Positions 11,722-24,052 of a stretch of 64,000 nucleotides of DNA are shown here, piece by piece. The stretch spans positions 4,404,001 to 4,468,000 of the forward strand of contig CM075990.1 of assembly GCA_038087875.1 (NCBI GenBank), given 5' to 3'. A program made the translations under genes and the position numbers. The DNA is from Malacoraja senta. Taxonomy: Eukaryota. The notes below the pieces were generated by a model. That model did no database searches, was not told where the DNA came from, and saw only the letters and a program-made list of their open reading frames with translations. Position 1 is the first letter of the stretch, and every line of letters starts with the position of its first letter.

Positions 11722-12018
11722 TTAATTTTAGTTTAGAGATACAACATGGGAACAAACCCTTCGGCGCACCGTTTCCACGCCGTCCAATGATCACCCGTAC
11801 ACTAGTTCTATGTGATCCTATACATGGGAGCAGTTTGTAGAAGCCAATTAACCTGCAAGTCTTTGGAGAGTGGGAGGAAACCGGAGCACCCGAAGCAACC
11901 CACGTAATCACAGGGAGAACGTGCAAACTCTGTACAGACAGCACCCATAGCCAGGATCAAACCCAGGTCTCTGCCGCTGTAAGGTAGCAACTCCACTGCT
12001 GCACCACTGTCCCGCCCA
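11722..12018 (-). mobile_element. HE1-like tRNA-derived V-SINE, full length
   Basis: Minus strand: tRNA-like head (gggcgggacagtggtgcagcagtggagttgc; gggtttgatcc B-box), V-domain (gagtttgcacgttctccctgtg...gctccggtttcctcccac), CR1-like tail and (taaaa)n end. Confidence 0.88.
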
Positions 12019-12454
12019 CATTTTTCTGTTTTATTAAGGGCAAGCTTTCAATTTTCTATTCCTCTCTATAAAGAAATACTTCCTGGTTTCATTCCATTAA
12101 ATATATAGATGGCCAATCCACATATATTCATGCAAGTTCTCATCAGTTTGCTCAATGGCAGAAGACTGAAGATGTAATGGTTCCATATGTCATTGTTTCT
12201 TTTGTGAGAAAAGTGGACAGAGTAGAGTAAGCAATGTATTGGTGTACTGTTCTTTCATTCTGTAACTGCTAATGTTTGCATTCAACCGTATCAACAATAA
12301 GAACAATTAAATATAAACTCACTGCCAATGTCATCTTAATGTTTAACATTCTGCAACCTTTAACAGTTACGAATTACTGGTCTTAAAATGTTGGCATGAA
12401 AATGGCACTGATAATGTAATTTAAATCAAACAACAGATCTCAGGATAGTGTTTA

Positions 12455-12534
12455 AGAAAGAACTGCAGATGCTGGAAAAATTGAAGGTAGACAAAAAAGC
12501 TGGTGAAACTCAGCGGGTGAGGTAGCATCTATGG
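12455..12534 (-). mobile_element. Penelope terminal-repeat fragment
   Basis: aagaactgcagatgctgg...gaaactcagcgggtgaggtagcatctatgga; same subfamily as 60329-60430; inverted partner of 13302-13340. Confidence 0.75.
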
Positions 12535-13143
12535 AAACATAGAAACATAGAAAATAGGTGCAGGAGGAGGCCATTCGGCCCTTCGAGCCAGCACCGCCAT
12601 TCATTGTGATCATGGCTGATCGTCCCCTATCAATAACCCGTGCCTGCCTTCTCCCCATATCCCTTGACTCCACTAGCCCCTAGAGCTCTATCTAACTCTC
12701 TCTTAAATCCATCCAGTGACTTGGCCTCCACTGCCCTCTGTGGCAGGGAATTCCATAAATTCACAACTCTCTGGGTGAAGACGTTTTTTCTCACCTCAGT
12801 CTTAAATGACCTCCCCTTTATTCTAAGACTGTGGCCCCTGGTTCTGGACTCACCCATTATTGGGAAATGTTTTCCTGCATCTGGCTTGTCCAGTCCTTTT
12901 ATCATTTTATATGTTTCTATAAGATAACCCCTCATCCTTCTAAACTCCAGTGAATACAAGCCTAGTCTTTTCAATCTTTCCTCATATGACAGTCCCGCCA
13001 TCCCAGGGATCAATCTCGTGAACCTACGCTGCACTGCCTCAATCACAAGGATGTCCTTTCTCAAATTAGGAGACCAAAACTACACAATACTCCAGATGTG
13101 GTCTCACCAGAGCCCTATACAACCGCAGAAGAACCTCTTTACT
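12533..13143 (-). mobile_element. CR1-clade LINE (HER1-like) 3' fragment
   Basis: ORF 12630-13064: EAVQRRFTRLIPGMAGLSYEERL...RVVNLWNSLP; (TTTCTATG)n tail. Confidence 0.95.
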
Positions 13144-13157
13144 TCATTGACCTCATA

Positions 13158-13520
13158 CTACCTAATTGAGCCAAATATGCGCTAAAATCGTTAAACAGTC
13201 AGTCGAAGTGAAAATAAAATCCTTGGCTCTTAACCAGAACAGTTTTGGGTCCCTTTCGAGACCCTTCTTCTCGACCCGAAACGTCGCCTATTCCTTCGCT
13301 CCATAGATGCTGCCTCACCTGCTGAGTTTCTCCAGCTTTATTATCTACCACATGATAGTTAATGTGATCTTTTCAACAATTTCGATCAATCTTCCCCTTT
13401 TATATGGCAGTTTAATGTTGACAAACAATTGCTTACTGTTCTGGTTAGGAGCCAAGGATTTTATTTTCACTTCGACTGACTGTTTAACGATTTTAGCGCA
13501 TATTTGGCTCAATGAGGTAG
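13158..13520. repeat. 86-bp inverted repeat of non-repeat-looking sequence (13158-13243 vs 13435-13520)
   Basis: ctacctaattgagccaaatatgcgctaaaatcg...taaccagaacagt is the reverse complement of actgttctggtta...catatttggctcaatgaggtag; 2 mismatches by eye. Confidence 0.93.
13254..13340 (+). mobile_element. Penelope hammerhead unit, rearranged
   Basis: tcgagacccttcttc (minus piece) joined to tcgacccgaaacgtcgcctattccttcgctccatagatgctgcctcacctgctgagtttctccagc. Confidence 0.8.
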
Positions 13521-14039
13521 AATACTAATACTTGTGTGTTAAACTATTTCTAGTTATTGTGATAAAACAACTATTGAGCATTTCCTTCATTTATCATATG
13601 ACATAGAGGAAAGCCTATCAAATCGATATGAGGTCTCAGAGCGTTCTCATTAGTTTCCATCCCTTCGCCAAACCCAATCTCTGACTCCCCCACCCGCTGT
13701 ACAATTATTTATATTTATTTGGTGGTCAGTTTTATGTACATGTGGAAAGTTGAAAACTTCCCTGTTATTTGCCATGGTTAGTTCCAGATCGTAATATTTG
13801 CAGAGTAAATTATCTCCATTTTTGGTAGCTAACCTGCTGTAGTCATGTCGTCAGAAGAACATTTCTCACATCGACATTATTACCAAGATTACATTTGTGA
13901 TTAATTTTATGTAATTAAAAAAAGTCTTGCTTATTTTGGATCAGCTCCACCACACCCCCAACTGACTTAGTAGGTACAAGGGTCCAGCAGGTACCAGTTC
14001 CCCCACTCTCAACCCCCTTCCCCTCCTCTTCCTGCAATA

Positions 14040-14332
14040 TCCCTTCCCTTGGCTTTACATTTCACACCTTTTCTCTCCTTGTCTCACAACCTTTTGGATT
14101 CTGGTCTTTGCCCTTTGTCCAACCATCTCCCAATCAAAATCCCTTCACCTCGATCTACCTATCATTTGCCTGGCTTTCTCCGGCGCCCAGCTTTCTCCCC
14201 ACCATCTCCCCCCCCCTCCCCCCCCCCATTACAATTATTCTGAAGAATGGCCCCAACCCAAAACTTCGCCTATTTATGACTTTCAGAGATGCTGTCTGAC
14301 CCACTGAGTTACTCTAACATTTTGTGTCTGAT
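14040..14332 (+). mobile_element. Degenerate Penelope 3' fragment
   Basis: ctgaagaatggccccaacccaaaacttcgcc...agagatgctgtctgacccactgagttactc. Confidence 0.6.
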
Positions 14333-14469
14333 TTTAAGTAGGGTTCATTTAGCGGTATGAACATATTTTGGTTAAATGGTTTCTTGTTTACAAATGTGAT
14401 TCCGTTTTCCCAATATGCATCTGCACAGCACTGTTATATAGACTTTGAATGGATTGCAGTTCAGGGTCA

Positions 14470-15060
14470 TAGTGTTAAACAGCATGGAAATGGTCCTTTT
14501 GGCACAACCTATCCATGCCAACCAAGATGCCTTCCTGAACTTGCCCCATTTGCCAGCATTTGGCCCATATACCCCAACCTTTTCTACCCATGAACCTGTC
14601 CAAATGTCTTTTAAACATTGGCATTTTATCTGCCTCTACTATTTTCTCTGGCATATTGTTCCACATGTCCCTTAGGACCCATTGAAATCTCTCCCCTCTC
14701 ACCTTCAACCTATGCCCTCAAGTTGGTAGACTCCCATACCCTAGGGAAAAGTCTGCGATCGTCCACCTTGTCTTTCCTCTCAGGATTTGATAAACCCATC
14801 CTCCTTCCAGCCTCTCCTGGTAACTCAAGGCCTCCACTCCCGGTTACGTTCTTGTGAATTTTTTCTGCACGCACTCCAGATTAATCAGTTTCATCCTCTT
14901 CTAACTATTGTGGTGTTCAGAACTGCACATAATATTCTTTTCCAGCTGAAACATAATGCTCAACCTCTTTAACTCAATGTCCTGTATGAAAGTGTGCCAT
15001 CTCCCTTCTTCACCACCTTTTCTAGCCAGGTTGCTACTTTCAGGGAACAATTTATTTGCA
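14470..15060 (-). mobile_element. Degenerate CR1 LINE 3' fragment
   Basis: Minus ORFs: KVRGERF...MWNNMPEKIVEA...FKRHLDRFM; sequence also matches SLKVATWLEKVVKK. Confidence 0.8.
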
Positions 15061-15202
15061 TCTCTGGGTCTATTTCTTCTACAATGAAAGTCCATTGTAC
15101 GTTTGTAATGTTGGTGTATGTGTTTTGCAGTTTGTTTCCTTCAGGAATCAAAATTTGTGTTCCCTGTCAAATGCTCTTGAAAGTTGCATCTGAGTGCTAG
15201 AA

Positions 15203-15551
15203 GGTGAGGTCTATAAGATCATGAGGGGAGTAGATGGGACAGAGTCTTTTACCCGGAATAAGGGATAAAAAAACTTGGGGACATAGGCTTAAGGTGAGAG
15301 GGGAAAGATTTAATAGGAACCTGAGGAGCAACTTTTCACAAGAGGGTAGTAGGTAAATGGAACAAACTGACAGAGGAGGTAGTTGAGATAGGTACTATAG
15401 CAACGTTTAAAAGCCATTTGGACAGGTACATAGATAGGTGAGGTTTAAACGGTTCTGGGCCAAATACTGGCAGGTGGGATGTGTAAGTGGAGGATCTTTG
15501 ATGGTATGAGCAAATTGGGCCGAAGGAGGCTGTTTCCGTGATGTATGACTC
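15203..15551 (+). mobile_element. CR1 LINE 3' fragment
   Basis: gaggtctataagatcatgagggg...gggacataggcttaaggtgagagggg...gggccgaaggaggctgtttccgtgatgtatgactct. Confidence 0.85.
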
Positions 15552-18439
15552 TGCCTTAAGTCTCCCAGTGGGAGATTGAGCTGTTCAAACAAAAATCTGC
15601 ACATGCTACAAATCGGCAGGGTGTCTGATTCCTTATTACATAGCTTGGTGTTGTTTTAAAAAATGTTGGTACACTGTGCACTAGCACCTCGCATAACATT
15701 CAGGATGTGTTTCCTGGAACAAGCACACTAATCAGTGCTGTAAGGAATAATTATAGCATTATGCAGACAAAGGTGCAGTTCCAGACTCCACGCCAATAGC
15801 TGTGCCAGGGATCTGACCTTCAACTTTCTGTACTATGCATCCTGACACCATTCAAGCAGTGAGTTGCCCCATGGCTTGGTGTGCAACAGTGACCTCTGAG
15901 GACTGGCATTCAGTGGTCCACTGTGAGCAATGCGATCGCTCAATGCTGACGTGTGGGGCTCGGTACTGCATCCTGGCCAGTATCCTGGCAGCATATCTCC
16001 ATCCTGGCACATCCTGGCAGCACATCTCCAAGTGTTACACTCTCTATACCAGCCAGGGTGCAACCCTCAAACCTGCTTCGCAGTACTAAACGCCCATAAA
16101 GTTGCTGCAGCTTGCCTGAAACTGACCTTCAGGGACACCCTTCCACCCACCCACCCTTCCCTTCCTGTGGTGATACTTTGCTGTATGAACGTGCGATGAA
16201 CACTATAGGCATAGCAGCATGCACCATAAGTAGATGTCTTTAGTGAAGTACAGCAGGGCATAAGAGTCTTTAGATTGGAGGATGAAAAACACTGTAATGA
16301 ATCAATACTTGGTACCAATTCAACTTAAAAATTGCCTCTTGTCAAAACTTAAAATCAAACAATTTTAATATGTGATCCTTTTAATTATTGGAAGCATTCA
16401 AATCTAGTTACTTCTAAGTTATTGATTAAAGAAAACAATAGTAGGTTTCTATTTGATTGTGTTTTATTTAACTTCCTTTGAACTCTTAATTTCTATGCCA
16501 GTGCCATATTAATTGAACAAAGTTCATTGTATTAAATCATTTTGTCAATCTAACTTGTAAAGGCTACTTTAAATTCAATTTCATTTAGTGAGTTTGTATT
16601 TTGTAACCTATTCTGTTTTTGTTTGGTGACCCCTTTGATCTGCAATTTCAATACTAGTTCCATATTAACTCTGAACACAAGCTTCACCAGTCATTTTTCA
16701 ACTAGTAACCCCTTTCTGGATTCAATTTAATTATTTTGTTCAGCAAACGTGTTCTGTATGTGTAACATTCTGGTTCTAAATTATTTGAGTGGCTCCTCTT
16801 GGATGACTGGACTTAATATTCTAAAATTACTGCATCATTAAATTAATTTAGTTTTGATCTGGCTTACTATACTTCCATGTGCAGTCTCATGTTTTTTCTC
16901 GTGTACATTTGAATTCCACATATGATGACCCTATCCAGAGATTCCAAGGCTGTTGATTTGCACCAGTCATTCACATAGAAAACGTTGCTGTTCTGTTTAG
17001 GCCTGAGCAGAGACTGCCGAATGGGAGTTACATGTCTCTTGAACATTTGATTGAGTTGCAGGGTCCAGGAACCTCATTGCTCACTCAGAGGATCGTTGGA
17101 TGATGTGGCGAGTGGTGGGGTCACGTTGGAGATGTGGCGAGTGGTGGGGTCACGTTGGACCTATTGCTAGTTTTGGTCCGTGGAAAAATGTTCTAAATCT
17201 GCCCCCTTGTTTTAGTTTCTCTCTTTCGAGCACTTCCACTCGTAGAATATTGAAATTTTAAATTCAATGAGCCCATATTGCAGAGGATAGGACTTCAGTT
17301 TGAGTCATCTTTCCTCATGATTTAATACCTTGGAGTCCAAGTATAATTTTAGTAAATCTACACAAACTATATTCCTTCTGAGCGGTGCCGAAGACTTTTC
17401 TCAGTACTCCAGGTGTGGTCCATTGTTTCTAGCTTTTCATTGTTTGGAAAGCTCTATCTTCTTTGTGTAAAATAGATGATCGCACGTGTACCTGACTCAA
17501 AATTTAATTGGCACTTTTTTGCCATTCATTTAACTGATGAGTATCCTGCAACAAATGTTTCACCTCCTGACTCTGCGATCTTTTCCAAAACCTACAAAGC
17601 AGAGATTTCTGTTCCCTTCCATAAATGAACGCAGCTCTTCAATGCTATCCAGGCGTTGCAGTTCATTGCCATCCAGAAAAAAAAATACACTTGACAAATA
17701 CATTTATACAATTATTCCTTGTGCCAACGGGTTCTCTGGCTACATTGTCTACCCGTTGCAAAATGCACTCACTACAACCATTCAACATGTCTGCTTCCAC
17801 AGCACCTTCCAAATCCAAATCTCACCATCTCAAAGGGCAAGGGAACAACTGCATGGTGCGTGGGAACAGCGATATCTGCAAATTCTCAACCTGTTTAAAA
17901 AAATATTTCCATTCCTTCATCATGCTGACTTTAAATACAGGAACTTCCTGTCAAGCAGTATTGTGAGATTACCGCAATCTCCTGGACTGTAGGGAGTTCA
18001 ACAGGCACATCTGCTTGAAGGAATATATGCTAGTTTTGCCCTCTTCGAAAAGAGGATCCTGAAAATTGTCTTGTAAATTTAGGCTTCCATCCATACAGCA
18101 ACCCTGCACATATTTCTTTCTTTGTTATTTAAGTCTTTAGCAAATATGACACAAGTTGAGACACTATGGACATTTTTGTAGGGTTCCATTTCACAGAGAA
18201 CCTTAACATCTGCCATTCAGCCAGTTTCCAAAGCATTTAGTAAATTGGTTTGAAATCCACGCAGCCACCCTAGATGAGTACACCACAGTCATCACAAGAT
18301 TCATCAGTCGAAGATAGAAATGCGTACCATAGAACTAAATTTGGGTGTCCCCCAATGGGAAACCATGCAACCTCTCCCTATAGAAGTCCAAATCGGGTGA
18401 CCCTGACCTATACAGGAAATCAAAGTATAGAAATCCAAG

Positions 18440-18680
18440 AAACACCTTTGCAAAGCCATCAAGGCCAAGAAACAATGCCAATCCATGCTAGAGTCCGAGA
18501 CTAACCACACGCACACATACCGGTGGATTGTGGCAAGGCTTGTATGATATTATGGGCTACAATTTGAAGGCGGGCTGAATCAATGGCAAGAACAGATATC
18601 TCTCAGACGAGTTTAATACATTCTATGCTCGTTTTGAAAGGGGGGCCAGCGAAATGACATCACCATCCCAACAACCTCCT
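18440..18680 (+). mobile_element. Degenerate Rex1/Babar LINE internal fragment
   Basis: gacgagtttaatacattctatgctcgttttgaa = DEFNTFYARFE; tgtggcaaggcttg = LWQGL. Confidence 0.6.
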
Positions 18681-18845
18681 ACCACAAGACTCAAGCAGGT
18701 ATCTCTAGACTTCTTTCCCGCCGTTATTAGACTCTTGTGCGTTCTGCTCACACACTAAGATTAATTCTTGATCTACTAACCCACCTCACTGCAACCCTTG
18801 CACTTTTTAGATCTGCACTTTGCCTGCAGCTGCAACATTGTATAT
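18680..18845 (+). mobile_element. Rex1-like 3' UTR remnant, resuming at ~19430-19555 after the CR1 insertion
   Basis: ttctttcccgccgttattagactc...; ends ttttcactgtgtcttggtatatgtgacaataataa at ~19550. Confidence 0.5.
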
Positions 18846-19399
18846 AGACAAAAGGTGCAGGAGTAGGCCATTCAGCCCTTCGCCAGTACTGCCATTCACT
18901 GTGATCATGGCTGATCATCCACATTCAGTACCCCGTTCCTGCCTTCTCCCCGTATCCCCTGACTCTGCTACCTTTAAGAGCTCTATCTAACTCTCTCTTG
19001 AAAGCATCCAGAGAATTGGCCTCCACTGCCTTCTGAGGTAGAGAATTCCACAGATTCACAACTCTCTGGGCAAAATAAGTTTTTCCTTATCTCCTTTCTA
19101 AATGGCCTACCCCTTATTCTTAAGCTGTGGCCCCTGGTTCTTGACTCCACCAACATCGGGAGCATGTTTCCTGCCTCTAGCGTGTCCAATCCTTTAATAA
19201 TCTTATATGTTTCAATAAGATCCCCTCGCATCCTTCAAAATTCCAGAGAATACAAGCCCAACCGCACCATTCTATCAACATATGACAGTCCCGCCATCCT
19301 ACACTGGACTCCCTCAATAGCAAGAATGTCCTTCCTCAAATTTGGAGACCAAAACTGCACACAGTACTCCAGGTGTGGTCTCACCAGGGCCCTGTACTA
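18844..19399 (-). mobile_element. CR1-clade LINE (HER1-like) 3' fragment with internal deletion
   Basis: ORF MRGDLIETYKIIKGLD...RTRGHSLRIRGRPF; LVRPHLEYCVQFWSP motif at ~19340-19390. Confidence 0.92.
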
Positions 19400-20464
19400 C
19401 CTTATGATTTAAAAAAAATCTTTAGTACTATCTTGATATATGAGTGTACTTGGGTAAGGTATGATCTGCCTGGATGGAACACAAACTAATTTGACTGGAG
19501 ACCACACAAACAAGGATTTTCACTGTGTCTTGGTATATGTGACAATAATAATAATATTAAAATGAACTTTGAGGGGGACTTTCCCAAATATTCCAGATGC
19601 CTATGTGTACAGCATCCATGGACATTTTACTGTCCATTCTTTAGTCAGATTTTAAAGAAATCAATGTTTTAAACTTGACCAAACCCTTTTGAAATCAATA
19701 ATCTAATTTATTTAAGTGTAAATGAAGAGGTTCTGGATGTGAACTGTTTTTCAAAGCCTGTCTTAATGTATTTACTTTATATTTGAAAGTATGGAATGGT
19801 AATTGTTGAAGTGAATTTTATATCCAGCTTTTAAGCAGGACTAATGTCTGAAAATGATGCAAATGTGCAGGAAATAACATCATCTCAGTGGGGAAAGGCT
19901 GGCAGCCACAGAGTCAATGTGGCCAGTCTAACTTAAGCAAAAGCAGGCTTTTTCATCCAGGAAATAATCACATTGAAATAAAAGCCATCTGGAAAACATT
20001 TTCAGCAAAGACAGATGTGGGTAGCAGGCATAGTGTACGTTTCTGGTTTGCACGTGGCTCTAAGGCAATAAGCATCCATTTTTCCCCAATGCTGAACTGA
20101 AATGTGCACTTGTCATGCAACTACCCAATGAGAAAACCATTCAACATCATATGGTATCAAACTCCTCCCTTTAAAGACTCCTTGTTATTAGATGATGACA
20201 ATATCGCAGCGACTTGCTAGTAACATATTAAATATTAATAATGCAGCTGGAATGTTCATATTTATTGCATTACATTTCTATAATCATTTTTGTAAAGTAT
20301 TTTCTGTTGGCTTAGAACTTAACTGTAAATGGAAATTGAACCTAACTCCAGACTATTCAGGTCTGTACAAAATAGGCTCCGGTTCAGTGTCACTTGGCAT
20401 TTAAGAAAGAAGGCCTGTGTCCTCTGGTCAGTTTATTTCTATTCGTCAGTATCTTGCCTTGTGA

Positions 20465-21270
20465 TAAGAACCTATGAATTAAGAGCAAGAGTGGGCCACT
20501 TGGCCCCTTAGGACTGTACTATCGTTTTACAAGATCATTGTCAATCTGACTGTAATCTCAATTTCACGTTCCTGGCTACCTGAGATACTCTTCCACCTCT
20601 TGCTTGTCGGGCATCCTTTTAACTCTGCCTTAAAAATATTCACCGAATCTGCTTCTTGCCCTATGTGGAAGAGAGTTCCCAGGAAATCCAACCTTCTGAA
20701 ATAAAAGAATCGCCTTACCAGTCTGAAGAAGGGACTCTATCTAAAATGACATCTGTCCATTCCCTCCACAGATACTGCCTGACCCACCGAGTTATTCCAA
20801 CATTTCATATTTTGCTCAGGATATCAACATCTGCAGTTCCTTATGTTATCTCATCTCTTTGTAGAATAAATGAATCCTTAATTTTAAACAGACAATTTTA
20901 AACAGTGACTTTGTTGAATAAATGACTCCTTAATTTTAATTTACAGTGTTGCCATACTCTCCCACAAGAGGAAGGATCCTTCCAGTCTTCAACCTCCCAA
21001 GACCCAATCAGAATCATATGTATTTCAATCAAGTTGCCTCGCCCTCTTGTTAACTCTGGTGAATTCAGGCCTAACTTGTCCAATCTATCCTCATTGGACA
21101 ATGCAACAATTTCAGATATTAAACCTCTTCTGAGCTTCTTCCAGCACATTTACGTCCTTAAATAAAGAGATAAACGTTACCACGTGAGGTCTCAAAATGC
21201 CTTGTATAACTGAAGTACAAGCTCTGGGATTTTGTATTCGAATGACCAGCAATACATGATAACATTCGGC
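20465..21270 (-). mobile_element. Degenerate CR1 LINE 3' fragment interrupted by a Penelope unit (~20722-20845, +)
   Basis: Minus ORFs: LRPHV...LEEAQKRF and DRLDKLGLNSPE...RGNLIE; 'gtctgaagaagggactc...acatctgcagttcct' inside. Confidence 0.7.
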
Positions 21271-22221
21271 TAATTTCCCAAAATAGAAATTTTGCATTTT
21301 GCCCTCACTAGATTACCATTTGTCAGAACTTTGCCCACTCACTTAACTTACCTCGATTCCTTTGTAGCCCCCTTATGTCATCTTAACAACCTCCTTTCTC
21401 TCTATCTTTGTGTCGTCATAGCCTTTTCTTACTTTTCTTGGCAGCGGATTGATGAATATTATAAAGGTGAGATCAATTGTACATGATAAAACATGTAAAT
21501 GAGGGGACCAAAGCTTACCGTGAATTTCAATACATTTCAGTAAATTCCTCCAATTATTAAGAATATGAAGCATGTTACACCATTATTAGACCACGTTCAC
21601 AAATTACAGAAATCCCTATAACAAGTTGGCTCTAATGATAGAGAGAATTCTATCTTACTCCACCTGTTTTCTACACCAAATATATGCATGCAGCTTTCTC
21701 ATCGAGCAAGAGGTCAGAAACTTGATCTGCTACTTTATCCAACTCTTCGTGCCCCAAAATTGACCAGTCAACCTATCAATTAAGTGTGGTTCGGTCTCTA
21801 AACGTCAAGCTCAAGCAACTGCCAGCCTTCTGTATGTACGTGAATGAAAGCCATTCCATGGTGTGAATGTTTACTGGAATATTCTAATAAATATCTGCCA
21901 TCTGACACTTGTGTAAACCGGAGCAATCCTTTTAAGGATAGGCATTTCTACTGAATGTATTCCTGTAATGTGCGTGCACTGGAGTTTAACTATTTGGAGA
22001 AAATTTTTAATTTAATAGCAACTTAATAAATTTCCTAAAATTCCTTCATGGTCAAATGATTAAACATCTTTGAATTGTAGTATCTGAATTTAGAGTTTAT
22101 ACAGTTCTTGTCATCATATTGAAATTATAATATTGTGCTTATTTTAATTTCACCTATGATTGTAGACTTTAGGAGAGCTCCCACTCCCCCTCTCCCCACT
22201 CACCATCAACAACACCATCAC

Positions 22222-22430
22222 AGTCACATCTGTGGAGTCATTTGTTCCTTGGAACCATCATCTCCAGGGACCTTAAATGGGAGGCCACCATCGACTCCAC
22301 ATTCAAAAAGGCCCAACAGAGGATGTACTTCCTGCGGCAGCTGAGAAAACACAATCTGCCACAGGCAATGATGGTTCAGTTTTATACTGTCATCATGCAG
22401 CGTGCCCTCATCTTCTCCATCATGGTCTAG
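22222..22430 (+). mobile_element. Rex1/Babar LINE RT fragment
   Basis: FLGTIISRDLKWEATID...KKAQQRMYFLRQLRKHNLPQAMMVQFY. Confidence 0.85.
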
Positions 22431-23143
22431 GTACTTGTACATATGGCAACAAATTCTACTTGACATAAGTATTAACGTTTTCTTGAGAAAAAGGTCAACA
22501 TGCCATTTCCTCTCTAATTGTGTGCTATACCTACACAAAACTTCCATTGAACCATATACGACTCCCAGGTTCCAACAAACACCATCACTTTTCTCTTCCA
22601 CCAAAGGAAATTATTTCATATCCACATCCACTTATATCTGGTAGAGCCTTTATACATCCTCCTCACGTCGCATTGCCACCCAACTTGTATCATCAGAAAA
22701 CATAGATGTGTTACATCAGGCCTGCTTATCTAAGTCATTACGACAGATTGTGGACAGATGCGGTCCCAACTCTAATTTCTGCAGCTTTCAAATCTAGAAA
22801 TGACTTACTCATTCCTAGTTTGTTTTTTGTCCATTAACCAATCCTCCAATCCAAGACAGTGTATATTATTTCCATACCAATGCTCTATAATCTCACATGG
22901 GTACCTTATCAAGGATATCTGAGCGTCCAAATACATCATCCACGGATTTCTGCTGATTAATTCTGCTACTCACAACTTCAAAAAACAATCCAATTGTTTC
23001 TCAGACATGATTTCCTTTTTATAAATCCATGTTGACTTTGCTTGATCTTTTTTTTCTGATTGACTTGTTTTCATTTCCTTTCACTTTACTGTTATGCCAG
23101 ACTAATCGGGCTGCAGTTCCTTTTTTTTCTCTTTCCTCCCTTA

Positions 23144-23660
23144 AGGGCCTATCCCACCAGCATGCGACTGCATGCGTCTAGCGCGACCAAACGTGGTGGC
23201 TTGAGGCGTACGGCCTCGCGGGGCCGGTCCCACTTCCAACTGTGGAGCCGTATGGAGCTGGTCCCGACATCATACTCACCAATCAGCTGGGCAGAAGGCG
23301 GGCCGACTGAATTTGGACGTCGCACGGCGTTGGGCGGTTACGCCATCACGCAACGGCACGCCGGGCGGTGACGTCATCACGTAACGCCACGCGCTAGGCG
23401 TACGGCATCAAGACGCTGCGTTCGGCGTCGAGGTGGTGTGTGCGGCCTCCATGCGGCAGTGGGCCGGCAGGCCTTTGCCACGCGGAATTTTTGAACACTG
23501 TCAGTTTTTCGGAGCCCCGCGCGATGTCGGGACCAGCTCCGCACAACTCCATGCGGCTCCGGCGATTGTAGTGGGACCGGCCCCGCGAGGCAGCATGGCT
23601 AGCGCGACCACGTTAGGTCGCGCTAGCCGCATGCAGTCGCATGCTCGTGGGACAGGCCCT
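23144..23660. mobile_element. PIF/Harbinger-type MITE, GC/CpG-rich family, copy 1
   Basis: TIRs AGGGCCTATCCCACCAGCATGCGACTGCATGCG... / ...CGCATGCAGTCGCATGCTCGTGGGACAGGCCCT; flanks TTA / TAA; reverse-oriented relative of 38169-38694. Confidence 0.85.
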
Positions 23661-23689
23661 TAATAGAATTGCAATTCCCACCTTCCAAT

Positions 23690-24052
23690 TCTAATCAACA
23701 TAATCAAGGACCATATTCCTCCCAATCATTCCCTCTTCACCCCTCTCCCGTTGGGCAGATGATTTAAAAACTTGAGAGCACGTACCACTGGATTCAGGAA
23801 CAGCTGCTTCTCCCTGTTATCAGACGACAGAATGACCCTCCCATAAACTAAGGTGTAGCCGTGATCTTCCAACCCACCTCATTGTGGACCTTGGACTTTT
23901 TCCTTTGTAATTGTAATGCTCTAATGCTACATGATGCACTTTTCTTTTCTCTTTGCCCTACCTGCTGTATGACTTGATTGTACTCATGCAGTATGATTTG
24001 ACTGGATAGCATACAAACACAGATTTTCACTGTACCAAGACACAATAATAAG
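23690..24052 (+). mobile_element. Rex1/Babar-like LINE 3' end
   Basis: cataatcaaggacc...cctctcccgttgggcaga (IIKD...PLPLGR)...ttttcactgtacc..acaataataa. Confidence 0.7.

Noticed and set aside
17537..17992. 151-aa ORF in apparently unique sequence
   Set aside because: No recognisable domain or splice structure; nearby minus-strand CR1 remnants (e.g. RPHLEY at ~17400-17420) suggest decayed repeat.
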